Positions 1 through 9,198 of a stretch of 36,626 bases of DNA are shown in pieces. Made by a program: the position numbers and the translations under genes. The notes under the pieces are model-generated. The model did no database searches and was not told the DNA's origin. It saw only the letters and a program-made list of their open reading frames with translations. The DNA comes from Actinomycetota bacterium (GTDB lineage: Bacteria; Actinomycetota; CADDZG01; JAHWKV01; JAOPZY01): positions 1-36,626 of the forward strand of contig DAIQBQ010000001.1 of assembly GCA_036781065.1 (NCBI GenBank), written 5' to 3'. The stretch's first letter is position 1, and every line of letters begins with the position of its first letter.

Positions 1-67
1 CGAGCGGACCGTGGACTACCTGCGCGAGCACACCTGGATCCTGGGCCGCGTGGACGTGCGGGCATGA
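1..67 (+). CDS. 3' end of an unidentified upstream gene (partial, start outside window)
   Basis: Frame is open from the window edge and reads ...ERTVDYLREHTWILGRVDVRA then TGA at 65-67. The TGA overlaps the ATG (64-66) of the next gene as ATGA. Too short to assign a function. Confidence 0.3.
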   Translation, partial: ERTVDYLREHTWILGRVDVRA

Positions 68-1026
68 ACGTAGCGGTGGTCGGCTGTGGGCTGATCGGCC
101 GGAAGCGGGTCCAGGCGATGCCCCCGGGGACGCGGGTCGTCGCGCTGGCCGATCTCGACCGCTCCCGGGCGGAGGCGCTGGCCGCCACGCTGCCCTACCC
201 GGCGACGGTCACGGCGGATGCCGCGGAGGCGGTGGCCGGGGCCGACGTAGCGATCGTCGCCACGGTCCACAGCGCGCTCGCCGAGTGCGCGATCGCCGCG
301 CTCAAGGCCGGTTGCCACGTCCTCGTCGAGAAGCCCGGTGGCCGTGACCTGGCCGACCTGCGGGCGATCGCCGATGCTGCCGCCGCCGCCGGCAAAGTGG
401 TCCGGGTGGGGTTCAACCACCGGTTCCACCCGGCGCTGCTCAAGGCGAAAGAGCTTTCGACCAGCTATGGGCCGCTGATCTACGTCCGGGGTCGCTACGG
501 GCACGGGGGGCGGCTGGGCTACGAGAAAGAGTGGCGGGCGGACAAGGCGTCGTCGGGCGGGGGGGAGCTCGTCGACCAGGGGGTGCACCTGATCGATCTC
601 ACCCGCTACCTCGTGGGTGACGTCGACCTGGCCTTCGCCGAAATGCGGACCGACTTCTGGCCGATGGCGGTCGAGGACAACGCCTACCTGGCGCTCCGGC
701 CGCGGGGAGGGGGCTTCGCCTGGCTGCACGCTTCCTGGACGGAGTGGAAGAACATTTTCTCCCTGGAGCTTGCGTTCCGGGAGGCGAAGTTGGAAATCTT
801 CGGCCTCGGTGGGAGCTATGGGACGGAACGGCTGACGCTGTACGAGATGCTCCCCGAGATGGGGCCGCCCCCCACCACGATCTGGGAGTACCCCCGGGGC
901 GATGCCTCGTGGCAGCGAGAGCTGGTGGACGTGCTCGGCGCCATCGCCGGTGCCGAGCCGCTCGGTGCCGGTCTGGAAGACTCGATCGCAGCATTCACCG
1001 TCGTCGAGGAGGCCTACGCCCGATGA
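64..1026 (+). CDS. Gfo/Idh/MocA family NAD(P)-dependent sugar oxidoreductase
   Basis: 320-aa ORF with an ATG start. N-terminal Rossmann motif VAVVGCGLIGRKR and a VLVEKPG motif are typical of the family. The stop overlaps the next start (ATGA at 1023-1026). Confidence 0.85.
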   Translation: MNVAVVGCGLIGRKRVQAMPPGTRVVALADLDRSRAEALAATLPYPATVTADAAEAVAGADVAIVATVHSALAECAIAALKAGCHVLVEKPGGRDLADLRAIADAAAAAGKVVRVGFNHRFHPALLKAKELSTSYGPLIYVRGRYGHGGRLGYEKEWRADKASSGGGELVDQGVHLIDLTRYLVGDVDLAFAEMRTDFWPMAVEDNAYLALRPRGGGFAWLHASWTEWKNIFSLELAFREAKLEIFGLGGSYGTERLTLYEMLPEMGPPPTTIWEYPRGDASWQRELVDVLGAIAGAEPLGAGLEDSIAAFTVVEEAYAR

Positions 1027-2000
1027 TCATCACCAGGACACCGATGCGGATCTCACTCGGGGGAGGGGGCACGGACCTCCCGTCCCACTACCGCGTCGCC
1101 GGGGGATTCCTGGTCGCCGCCGCCATCACCCGGCACGTCTACATCGCCGCCCACCGCAACTTCGAGGACGACATCATGCTCAAGTACTCGCAGATCGAGC
1201 GGGCGCCCCAGCTGGAGGACATCAGGCACCCGCTCCTGCGTGAGGCGCTCCGGGTGACCGGCGTCACCGGGCAGGTCGAGATCACCTCGATGGCGGACAT
1301 CCCGGCGAAAACGGGGCTGGGCTCGTCGGGAAGCTTTACCGTCGGGGTGCTGAAGGCGCTCTACGCCTACCAGCACCGGCTTGTCTCGAACCTTCAGCTC
1401 GCCGAGCAGGCGTGCCACATTGAGATCGAGCGCCTGGGCGAGCCCGTGGGCAAGCAGGACCAGTACATCGCCGCTCTCGGCGGGGTGACCGCCTTCCGCT
1501 TCAACCCGGACGACTCGGTCGAGGTCACGCCGGTGCCGATGGCCGACGATACCCGGTGGCGGCTGGAGGAGAACCTCTTGCTTTTCTACACGGGTATGCG
1601 CCGTTCCGCGCCCCAGGTCCTGGCCGACCAGGACGCCAAATCGAAAGCGGCGGACCCCGACAACGCCAGCAACCTGGAGCGGGTCCGGGAGATCGGCGAG
1701 GAGAGCTTCGAGGCGCTGGCGTCGGGCGACCTGCCGACCTTCGCCAAGCTCATGACCGCCCAATGGGAGTTGAAGCGCCAGCGCTCGCCGAACGCCACCA
1801 ACGCAGAGATCGACCGATGGATCGCCGCGGGCCTGGATGCCGGAGCCCTGGGGGGAAAGCTGGTCGGTGCCGGCGGGGGAGGCTTCCTGCTGTTCTACGC
1901 CGAGTCCAAGGCGGAGGTGCGCAGCGCCATGGCGGGACTCGGCCTGCACGAGGTCCGGTTTGGCTTCGACTACGAGGGGTCGAAGCTGGTCGTCGCCTGA
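1023..2000 (+). CDS. hddA: GHMP sugar kinase, D-glycero-alpha-D-manno-heptose-7-phosphate kinase (HddA)-like
   Basis: ATG at 1023 lies inside the longer ORF 744-2000. N-terminus is MIITRTPMRISLGGGGTDLPSHY. GHMP motif PAKTGLGSSGSF and C-terminal GAGGGGF are present. The upstream extension is Arg/Gly-rich and looks non-coding. Confidence 0.8.
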   Translation: MIITRTPMRISLGGGGTDLPSHYRVAGGFLVAAAITRHVYIAAHRNFEDDIMLKYSQIERAPQLEDIRHPLLREALRVTGVTGQVEITSMADIPAKTGLGSSGSFTVGVLKALYAYQHRLVSNLQLAEQACHIEIERLGEPVGKQDQYIAALGGVTAFRFNPDDSVEVTPVPMADDTRWRLEENLLLFYTGMRRSAPQVLADQDAKSKAADPDNASNLERVREIGEESFEALASGDLPTFAKLMTAQWELKRQRSPNATNAEIDRWIAAGLDAGALGGKLVGAGGGGFLLFYAESKAEVRSAMAGLGLHEVRFGFDYEGSKLVVA

Positions 2001-2004
2001 CCCC

Positions 2005-2724
2005 ATGTACCCGGTCGCCATCCTCGCCGGGGGCAGGGGGACCCGCATGGCGGGCCGGACCGGACCGCTCCTGCCCAAGGCCATGTTGCCGGTGGCCGGC
2101 CGGCCGTTCATCGACCACAAGCTTGAGCAGCTGGCGGCGGAGGGGACCACCCGGGTGGTGCTGCTGCTGGGCCACGGCGCTGGGGCGATCGCCGACCACG
2201 TAGGCGACGGCGCCCGATACGGTCTGGAGGTGGCCGTGGTCCTCGACGGCGAGGTGCTGCTCGGGACCGGCGGGGCGGTGCGCCGGGCGCTTCCCGAGCT
2301 GGGCGAGGTGTTCTGGGTCACCTACGGGGACACCCTGCTGTCGGTGCCGGTGGCGGCGGCCGAGGCCGCCTTCCGGTCCACTCGCCGGCCGGGCCTGATG
2401 ACGGTGCTCGAGAACCACGATGCCTGGGACCTGAGCAACGTCGCCGTCTCCGGGGACCTGGTCGTCGAGTACCGCAAGGGAGCGCCGCCCGGGACCTTCG
2501 CCTTCATCGACTACGGCATGGTCATCCTGACCCGGGCGGCAGTGGCCTCCTTCCCCGAGGGCGCGCCGTTCGACCTGGCCGAGGTCCTGCACGGCCTGGT
2601 CCACGGGCGGCAGCTCACCGCCTTCGCGGTCACGGAACGGTTCCACGAGATCGGCAGCGATGCCGGCTACGTGGAGACTGATCGATGGCTGCGTAGCCGG
2701 CCGGCGGGGGGCCTTACCCCATAG
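2005..2724 (+). CDS. hddC: Sugar-1-phosphate nucleotidyltransferase, HddC (heptose-1-P guanylyltransferase)-like
   Basis: ATG at 2005, 4 nt after the hddA stop. Carries the signature MYPVAILAGGRGTRM...LPKAMLPVAGRPFI of NTP-transferases. About 239 aa. Confidence 0.8.
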   Translation: MYPVAILAGGRGTRMAGRTGPLLPKAMLPVAGRPFIDHKLEQLAAEGTTRVVLLLGHGAGAIADHVGDGARYGLEVAVVLDGEVLLGTGGAVRRALPELGEVFWVTYGDTLLSVPVAAAEAAFRSTRRPGLMTVLENHDAWDLSNVAVSGDLVVEYRKGAPPGTFAFIDYGMVILTRAAVASFPEGAPFDLAEVLHGLVHGRQLTAFAVTERFHEIGSDAGYVETDRWLRSRPAGGLTP

Positions 2725-2818
2725 CCAGCCGTCCTGCCCCCAAGGTCAGTGATCTGTTGCTGCCGAAGGTGCCTGACTCGGCGTGGACTCCCTCAGAAAG
2801 CTCGTCACAGCGTTCTGG

Positions 2819-3703
2819 TTAGTGCGGGGCACCCTCGGCGGCCTCACCGCTGGCGGGGTCGGCAACCGGTGGGAGCGGGAGCGGGACGATCTTTGACGGG
2901 AGCTCAGCGAGGGCGACGTTGGGGTCGCCCGGGGCGGAGCGCAGCGGCGTGAACCGGTACTTCACCAGGGCCACCATCCAGGTCATCGGGTCGCGGAAGA
3001 ACCGGACCTTCTTGCCGCTGTGGAAGTCCCGGGAGATGTAGGTGATGGGGACCTCCACCGGCTTGTTGCCCAGGCGGACGAGCTTGGCCACCAGCTCCCA
3101 GTCGAAGTCGAACCGGTTGGAGGTGAATGGCACCCCGACAATGCACGAGGTGCGGAAGACCTTGTACATGGTGAACGGGTCCCGCAGCTTGGTCCGGTAC
3201 ACCGTGTTGAACATGGTGGTGAACACCCAGTGGGCGCCGTTCATCACCCAGCTGGTGCGATGGGCGGCTTCGAAGTGACGGATCGGCCTCCCCGGGGCAT
3301 GCCGGCAGCCGAGGACGAAGTTGGTCTCCCCGGCGACCAGGGGGGCAAGGACCAGCGGGTACTCGGAGACCCGGTACTCGAGGTCGGCGTCCTGGATCAG
3401 GATGATGTCGCCGCGGGCATGGCCGAAGCCCTCCCGGACGGCGTTGCCCTTGCCGGAGGGGTGGTCCTGGAGGATAAGGCGTACGCGGGGATGTCCGGCA
3501 TAGCGCTGGACAACCTCCCGGCTGCCGTCGGTCGAGTTGCTCTCGACGACGATCACCTCGATCTCGACGCCAGGGATCTCGATCGTGGTCACCTCGTCCA
3601 GGATGGCGGCGACGGTGAGCGCCTCGTTGTAGACGGGAAGAACGACGCTGACGCTCGTGAGCCTGGCCGGGATGGGCGCTCCGTCGCCCACCTCGGCGCT
3701 CAA
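2819..3703 (-). CDS. GT2 glycosyltransferase, DPM1/GtrB-like polyprenyl-phosphate glycosyltransferase
   Basis: Motifs: VSVVLPVYNE, IQDADLEY, DPFTMYKVFR, EVPITYISR..GKK. The longest ORF start (3811) overlaps the upstream SIS gene by 112 nt. Likelier starts are TTG 3703 (TTGA overlap with the gmhA stop) or GTG 3691. ATG 3763 is also possible. Confidence 0.8.
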   Translation of the reverse strand: MSAEVGDGAPIPARLTSVSVVLPVYNEALTVAAILDEVTTIEIPGVEIEVIVVESNSTDGSREVVQRYAGHPRVRLILQDHPSGKGNAVREGFGHARGDIILIQDADLEYRVSEYPLVLAPLVAGETNFVLGCRHAPGRPIRHFEAAHRTSWVMNGAHWVFTTMFNTVYRTKLRDPFTMYKVFRTSCIVGVPFTSNRFDFDWELVAKLVRLGNKPVEVPITYISRDFHSGKKVRFFRDPMTWMVALVKYRFTPLRSAPGDPNVALAELPSKIVPLPLPPVADPASGEAAEGAPH

Positions 3704-4347
3704 ACCGGAGGGGCCGAGGGGGCCGCAGCTACCTGCTGGCCGTCCTCCTCGAGGGACTCCCATTTGGGCGTCGCTTGGGAAAGGTCCGGGTGCATGATCA
3801 TCAGGTGCCACAGCAACGCTTGCATCGCCTCAGTCTGGGCGGTCACGTTGCTGGCGACAACCGTTGGGACGAGGATCGAGCAGTCGGCCAACCGGCGCAG
3901 CGCCCCGCCGTCACGCCCCACGACACCGGTGATCGCCGCTCCGGCGGCCCGGGCTGCCAGCATGGCGTTGACCAGATTCGGGCTGACATTGCGCTGCTCG
4001 TCTCCGCCACCTACCGAAAAGACGACCAGGCAGTCGTCAGGCCCGATGCGCGAGCCGGTCAGCCAGTCCGCATAGGCCCGGTCCCACCCGTCGTCGTTCA
4101 CCCGCGCGGTCAGCTCGGACACATTGTCCGAGACGCAGTAAGCCTCGAAGCCGGCGAGCTTGCGGAAGTCGCAGGTGGCGTGCGACGCGTGTCCGGCGCC
4201 GCCGCCTGAACCGCAAAAGAACAGGCGACCGCGGCGATCCCGGGTCCTGCGCAGGAGGGCCACCGTTGCTTCGATCTCGTCGACCGAAAGCCTGGAAAGG
4301 ATCTCGACCGACTCTCCCAGAAAGCTTGTGGCGAATGCGTCCGGCAT
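3700..4347 (-). CDS. gmhA: SIS-domain sugar-phosphate isomerase, phosphoheptose isomerase (GmhA)-like
   Basis: 215 aa. Contains GRLFFCGSGGGAGHASHATCDF and VVFSVGGG segments typical of SIS isomerases. Sits in an operon with the GT2 and next to hddA/hddC. Confidence 0.8.
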   Translation of the reverse strand: MPDAFATSFLGESVEILSRLSVDEIEATVALLRRTRDRRGRLFFCGSGGGAGHASHATCDFRKLAGFEAYCVSDNVSELTARVNDDGWDRAYADWLTGSRIGPDDCLVVFSVGGGDEQRNVSPNLVNAMLAARAAGAAITGVVGRDGGALRRLADCSILVPTVVASNVTAQTEAMQALLWHLMIMHPDLSQATPKWESLEEDGQQVAAAPSAPPV

Positions 4348-4355
4348 GAACGAGC

Positions 4356-4361
4356 ATTTTA
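4356..4361 (-). promoter_or_regulatory. Candidate -10 box (TAAAAT) giving a leaderless gmhA transcript
   Basis: Minus strand reads ccggTAAAATgctcgttcATG. The hexamer lies 8 nt upstream of the ATG at 4347 and there is no purine-rich SD in between. Confidence 0.3.
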
Positions 4362-4599
4362 CCGGAGCGCGAGCAGGGTACTGCTGGAAATGCGCAGCCG
4401 GAGGGCGGGCTTGCCCGCTCGACCCCCGGCCGTGACCTTTGATCCGATCCGGTTGCGTAGCGTCCCTGGCAGCTTCGGATGGCCAGGTGGCTCAGCGTGT
4501 CCGCGTCGCAAAGCTGACGCCCAGCGAGGCGGTTCGACTACAGTTGGGGGCCGAGTACCAAACGTCCTTTGACCTTGGCGGACCAATCAGGAGCAGTTC

Positions 4600-5793
4600 A
4601 TGGGTTTTGAGCATGACGTAACCGTCATCGGTGGGTGTGGGCATGTCGGGCTGCCGCTCGGGCTGGCGCTGGCGGACCGGAACATGTCCGTGCTGCTCTT
4701 CGACATCAATGGCGCGGCGGTGGATTCGGTCAACGCCGGCCACATGCCGTTCCAGGAGCCCGGTGCCGATCCGGTCCTCAACCGGGTGCTGGCCGACGGC
4801 AGGCTGATCGCCACCACGGATCCGGTGTCGGTCTCAACGGCGGAGAACCTCGTGCTGATCGTGGGGACCCCGATCGACGACCATCTCAACCCGGAACCAC
4901 AGAAGGTGGTCGACGCGGTCGAGGCGCTGGGCGAGTACCTGGTCGACGGCCAGCTGCTGATCCTGCGGAGCACCCTCTATCCCGGTGTGACCGCCCTGGT
5001 CGAGGCGGTGATTTCCCGGTTGGGACGAGACATCGATGTCTGCTTCTGCCCCGAGCGCATCGCCGAGGGTCACGCCCTCACCGAGCTGTACGAACTCCCG
5101 CAGATCGTGTCCGGGCGCACCCCGAGAGCGGTCGAGCGAGCCGACAAGTTCTTCCGGGCGCTCACCGACAAGATCGTCTATCTCGACCCCGAAGAGGCGG
5201 AGCTGGCGAAGCTGTTCGTCAATACCTGGCGCTACATCCGGTTCGCGATCGCCAACCAGCTGTTCATGATCGCCAACGACTTCGGGGTGGACTTCGAACG
5301 GGTCCGCACGGCGCTGAGCGAGGACTACCCCCGCGCTGCGGACATGCCCGGGGCGGGCCTTGCGGCAGGGCCCTGCCTGCTCAAGGACACGATGCAGCTG
5401 GCCGCGTTCAACAACAACAACTTCGTCCTGGGGCACGCCAGCATGATGATCAATGAGGGCCTGCCCTCCTACCTGGTGGCAAGGCTGGAGCGCAGGTTCG
5501 ACCTGTCCGCCATGTGTGTCGGGGTGCTGGGCATGGCCTTCAAGGGGGGCTCGGACGACATCCGCTCCAGCCTGAGCTACAAGCTCAAGCGCATTCTCAA
5601 GCTGAAGGCCAAGTCGGTACTGACGACCGACCCATTCGTGAGCGTGGACCCGGACCTGAGCCCCCTCGATGAGGTCCTCGAACGCAGCGACCTGCTGGTG
5701 ATCGGCGCCCCGCACCGCCAGTACGCCGCCATCGATCCGCCGGTACCCGTGATCGACATCTGGAACCTGCTCGGCCGCGGAGTCCGGGTGTGA
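4600..5793 (+). CDS. UDP-glucose/GDP-mannose dehydrogenase family nucleotide-sugar dehydrogenase
   Basis: 397 aa. N-terminal VTVIGGCGHVGLPLG Rossmann fold and catalytic-Cys motif GLAAGPCLLKDT. SD AGGAG lies 6 nt upstream of the ATG. Confidence 0.9.
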   Translation: MGFEHDVTVIGGCGHVGLPLGLALADRNMSVLLFDINGAAVDSVNAGHMPFQEPGADPVLNRVLADGRLIATTDPVSVSTAENLVLIVGTPIDDHLNPEPQKVVDAVEALGEYLVDGQLLILRSTLYPGVTALVEAVISRLGRDIDVCFCPERIAEGHALTELYELPQIVSGRTPRAVERADKFFRALTDKIVYLDPEEAELAKLFVNTWRYIRFAIANQLFMIANDFGVDFERVRTALSEDYPRAADMPGAGLAAGPCLLKDTMQLAAFNNNNFVLGHASMMINEGLPSYLVARLERRFDLSAMCVGVLGMAFKGGSDDIRSSLSYKLKRILKLKAKSVLTTDPFVSVDPDLSPLDEVLERSDLLVIGAPHRQYAAIDPPVPVIDIWNLLGRGVRV

Positions 5794-6527
5794 CCCCAGC
5801 GGTCTCGGTCGTTGTCCCCGCCTACAACGAGGGGGCGGCGATTGTGCCCTGCCTGGACCGGCTTTTCGCCTCGATCCGCTCCGACTGCGAGGTGCTCGTG
5901 GTCTGCGATTCGGCGGAGGACACGACGATGCCCCACCTCGCTGACTACGCGGTCAGCGAGCCGCGGTTGGTCCCGACGCTGAACACCTACGGCCGCGGGC
6001 CGGCCAACGCGCTCCGGTTCGGCCTGGAGCACGCCCGGGCACCGGTCGCGGTCGTAACCATGGCCGACGGCAGTGACGACACCGACCAGATCGATGAGAT
6101 GACCCGGCTGGTCCAGGGCGGGGCAGCGGTGGTCGCCGCCTCCCGGTACATGCGCGGCGGGCGGCAGGACGGCGGCCCGCTGGTCAAGCGCTCGCTCTCC
6201 AGGGCGGCCGGGCTGTCCCTCTGCTGGTTCGGGCGGGTGGGCACCCATGACGCCACCAACTCGTTCAAGGCATACTCCACGTCCTTCGTGCGGGCGGCCG
6301 GCATCGAATCCGACGCCGGTTTCGAGATCGGCCTCGAACTGGTGAGCAAGGCCAAGGCGATGGGCCTCAGGGTTGCCGAGCTGCCCACGACCTGGACCGA
6401 TCGGACCGAGGGAACGTCGAACTTCAAGCTCAAGAAATGGCTCCCCAAGTACCTGCACTGGTACTGGCTGGCGATGAAGCCGGCCCGGTCGGGGGAACTG
6501 GTTAGCGCACCTGTGGAGGACGGATGA
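5790..6527 (+). CDS. GT2 glycosyltransferase, DPM1/GtrB-like polyprenyl-phosphate glycosyltransferase
   Basis: The GTG start overlaps the previous stop (GTGA at 5790-5793). Motifs: VSVVVPAYNE, MADGSDD, SRY, DATNSFKAY, ELPTTWTDRTEGTSNFK. These resemble dolichyl/polyprenyl-phosphate sugar synthases. Confidence 0.85.
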   Translation: MTPAVSVVVPAYNEGAAIVPCLDRLFASIRSDCEVLVVCDSAEDTTMPHLADYAVSEPRLVPTLNTYGRGPANALRFGLEHARAPVAVVTMADGSDDTDQIDEMTRLVQGGAAVVAASRYMRGGRQDGGPLVKRSLSRAAGLSLCWFGRVGTHDATNSFKAYSTSFVRAAGIESDAGFEIGLELVSKAKAMGLRVAELPTTWTDRTEGTSNFKLKKWLPKYLHWYWLAMKPARSGELVSAPVEDG

Positions 6528-7549
6528 GTACGGTAATGGTTTCCGGGTCGTGCGGGTTCATTGGCGGCTACGTGGTCGAGGAGTTGCTCGCCCAAGGCCA
6601 CGACGTGGTTGGCATCGACAACTACTCCAAGTACGGGAAGGTCGAGAAGTCCTACGACAACCATCCGCGGTACCACTTCACCGAGGGTGACGCCCGCGAC
6701 ACCAAGCTGATGACCGAATTGCTGGCCGACTGCGATCATTTCATCGCCGGGGCGGCGTTGATCGGGGGCATCTCGTACTTCCACACCTACGCCTACGACC
6801 TGCTGGCGGCCAACGAGCGGATCATCGCCTCCTCGTGTGACGCCGCCATCAACGTGCTGCCGGCCGGCCGGCTGAAGAAGATGACCTACATCTCCTCCTC
6901 GATGGTGTTCGAGTCCACCGATATCTGGCCGAGCGTTGAAGGCCAGGAGCGGCAGGTCCCGCCGCCCAAGTCCTCCTACGGATTCCAGAAGCTCGCCGTC
7001 GAATACTTTGCCCGGGCCGCCTACCAGCAGTACGGGCTGCCCTACACGATCCTCCGGCCCTTCAACTGCGTGGGGATTGGCGAGGGCCGTGCGCTCGGCG
7101 GCGTGGAGATCCCGAGCGGCAACATCAAGCTCGCCATGAGCCACGTCGTCCCGGATCTCGCCCAGAAGGTCATCAAGGGGCAGGACCCGCTGCACATCCT
7201 GGGTGACGGGAACCAGATCCGCCACTACACCTACGGCGGCGACCTGGCCAGGGGCATCGTCCTCACCCTCGACCACCCGGCGACGCTCAACGACGACTTC
7301 AACCTGTCGACGCACGAGTCCACGACGGTCCTGGAGTTGGCCCGCCTGATCTGGAGCAAGTTCAAGGGCCCGGACGTGGCGTTCAACTACGTGAGCGACC
7401 CGCCCTTCGAGCACGACGTCCAGCGCCGCGTCCCCTCGGTCGAGAAGGCCAGGACCCTGCTCGGCTACCAGGCGACCACGTCACTCAGCGACATGCTCGA
7501 CGAGGTGCTGCCCTGGGTCGAGCAGGCGGTAGCGGACGGCATTCTGTAA
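6524..7549 (+). CDS. NAD-dependent nucleotide-sugar epimerase/dehydratase (SDR)
   Basis: ATGA overlap with the upstream gene and SD GGAGGA upstream. Motifs: GSCGFIGG (GxxGxxG) and SSYGFQK (YxxxK). 341 aa. Confidence 0.9.
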   Translation: MSTVMVSGSCGFIGGYVVEELLAQGHDVVGIDNYSKYGKVEKSYDNHPRYHFTEGDARDTKLMTELLADCDHFIAGAALIGGISYFHTYAYDLLAANERIIASSCDAAINVLPAGRLKKMTYISSSMVFESTDIWPSVEGQERQVPPPKSSYGFQKLAVEYFARAAYQQYGLPYTILRPFNCVGIGEGRALGGVEIPSGNIKLAMSHVVPDLAQKVIKGQDPLHILGDGNQIRHYTYGGDLARGIVLTLDHPATLNDDFNLSTHESTTVLELARLIWSKFKGPDVAFNYVSDPPFEHDVQRRVPSVEKARTLLGYQATTSLSDMLDEVLPWVEQAVADGIL

Positions 7550-7599
7550 CTGCCGGCGCCCCCCGCGGGCCGGCGTCCTGCCGCCGCTGAGGGCCGTGG

Positions 7600-8997
7600 T
7601 CACCCTGGGGGGTGCTGACCACCCAGCCCGTGGGCGCGAAGGAACTGGAGCAGCGGCCATTCGAATGCCGGGTCAGGGAAGGTCTGGCTGAGGCACGGGT
7701 CCGAGGGGCTCTGGGCATGCGCCAGGCAGGTCTGATTAGCGAGAAAAAGGGCATGGCGGGTGTCCATGTCCTGTGAGCCCAACCTGTAGTTGACCAGGGT
7801 CACGATAGCCACGACTGCGACGACCGCGGCCTCCAGAATGCGCACCCACACCTGCCGTCGCCTGGCGGGAAGGAATGTTCCCGCAACCATTAGCACCAGG
7901 ACGAGCGTCCCGAAAATAAACAGACTCGACAGCGTCGTGTAGCGACTCGATTCGCTCTGGGCGATACCCAGGTTGAGCCGGCCCACATCGGTCACCGCGG
8001 CGCTGAGCAGGGTGTTGAGGCCCACGGCAATCCATACCGCGGCCCGTGCAAACCGCTCCCCGTGCCCGCGGAACAACACCAGGATCGAGCCAACAAAGGC
8101 GATGAGCAGGGCCAAACCCACCCACGGGGTCCACCATCCGGCCGGCACGATGGACGCGGCCAGGTAATCGAGCAGGTATTTGGCGAAGGCCAGCGGGTGG
8201 TGGGCGGCAAACCCGAGGTGAGAGTCGGAGGTGTAGTGGTAGAAGAACAGGCTGATCGAGGCCGCGCCAGCGACGCACCAGACCGGGAGCGCCCGGCGGA
8301 TCGATTTCCTCAAGGCAAAGAACAAGAGGAAGGCGATCCAGACCCCGAGCCCTGAAGCCAGTGAAAAGGAGGCGACCACTGCGGCGCCCGCGGCGAGTGC
8401 CACCCCCAGCCAGGCTGGCCTTTGCTCCGGCCAGTGGGCGAGAAGTGCCGCGGACGTCACGGCTGCCAGGTTGCAGAGGAACCACTCCATCTGCCAGCCC
8501 CAGAGCCAGTTCTCCCACTGGACCGGCGACACCGTCAGCCAGGCCGCCATGATGATCGCGAACGCGGTAAGCCCCCAGCCGTCAACGCCGAGGGTACGCC
8601 GGACGAGCCAGATCAGCACGCCTATGAGCGCGACCGCCAGGACGAAATCTAAGAAGACCTCTGCTCTGATATCCCAGTGGGTCAGCCGAGCCATTTCGAC
8701 AGAGATCGTCACTGGGAAAAAGGGCCGATGCTCGTTGTGTTGCATGAACAAGTCCCGCAAGCCGAGCGTGCCCGCGGCCTGCTTCTCGAGAAGCGGAACC
8801 AGCCCCCACTCATCCCAATAGGGGGTATTGATGGCCATCGTCTTCACGAGCACTGCCATGTACACCACCGGGAGCAGGCATGCCAGGGCGGTGAAAGCCC
8901 GGAGGGCGGGGCTCAGCGCAGTCCGCTCCGCCCAGGATCGGTTGGGCGACGTGGGCTCGGCTGAGGAGGCGGTGGTTCTGGTCTCGCCGGCCTTCAT
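7600..8997 (-). CDS. Polytopic integral membrane protein, putative GT-C-type glycosyltransferase or glycan polymerase
   Basis: 465 aa with many hydrophobic helices. An acidic loop (PYWDEWG) follows the first helix. An HNEHRPFFP segment is present. SD GAGGT precedes the ATG at 8997. Confidence 0.7.
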   Translation of the reverse strand: MKAGETRTTASSAEPTSPNRSWAERTALSPALRAFTALACLLPVVYMAVLVKTMAINTPYWDEWGLVPLLEKQAAGTLGLRDLFMQHNEHRPFFPVTISVEMARLTHWDIRAEVFLDFVLAVALIGVLIWLVRRTLGVDGWGLTAFAIIMAAWLTVSPVQWENWLWGWQMEWFLCNLAAVTSAALLAHWPEQRPAWLGVALAAGAAVVASFSLASGLGVWIAFLLFFALRKSIRRALPVWCVAGAASISLFFYHYTSDSHLGFAAHHPLAFAKYLLDYLAASIVPAGWWTPWVGLALLIAFVGSILVLFRGHGERFARAAVWIAVGLNTLLSAAVTDVGRLNLGIAQSESSRYTTLSSLFIFGTLVLVLMVAGTFLPARRRQVWVRILEAAVVAVVAIVTLVNYRLGSQDMDTRHALFLANQTCLAHAQSPSDPCLSQTFPDPAFEWPLLQFLRAHGLGGQHPPG

Positions 8998-9198
8998 ATG
9001 GACCTCGGGTTGCTTGGCCAGGACGGCCGCGTGGAGCTCATGCCCGATCCGTTTCGTCTGGTGGTTGCGCGCCAGCGCAGTCTGCCATACAGATACTGCA
9101 CGCCGCTTGAACGAAGCAGGAAGTTGATTCCCAACAAACGTCGTAGGAGCGGAGGCTGCTATGGTCGCCCGTCGACGGCTGAACTAGGGGGCTTGAAG

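Noticed and set aside
4471-4560. tRNA-like fragments (GTGGCTCAGC, GGTTCGACT) in the gmhA/dehydrogenase spacer
   Set aside because: I could not build an acceptor stem, a T-stem or an anticodon arm around them. They are probably chance similarity.
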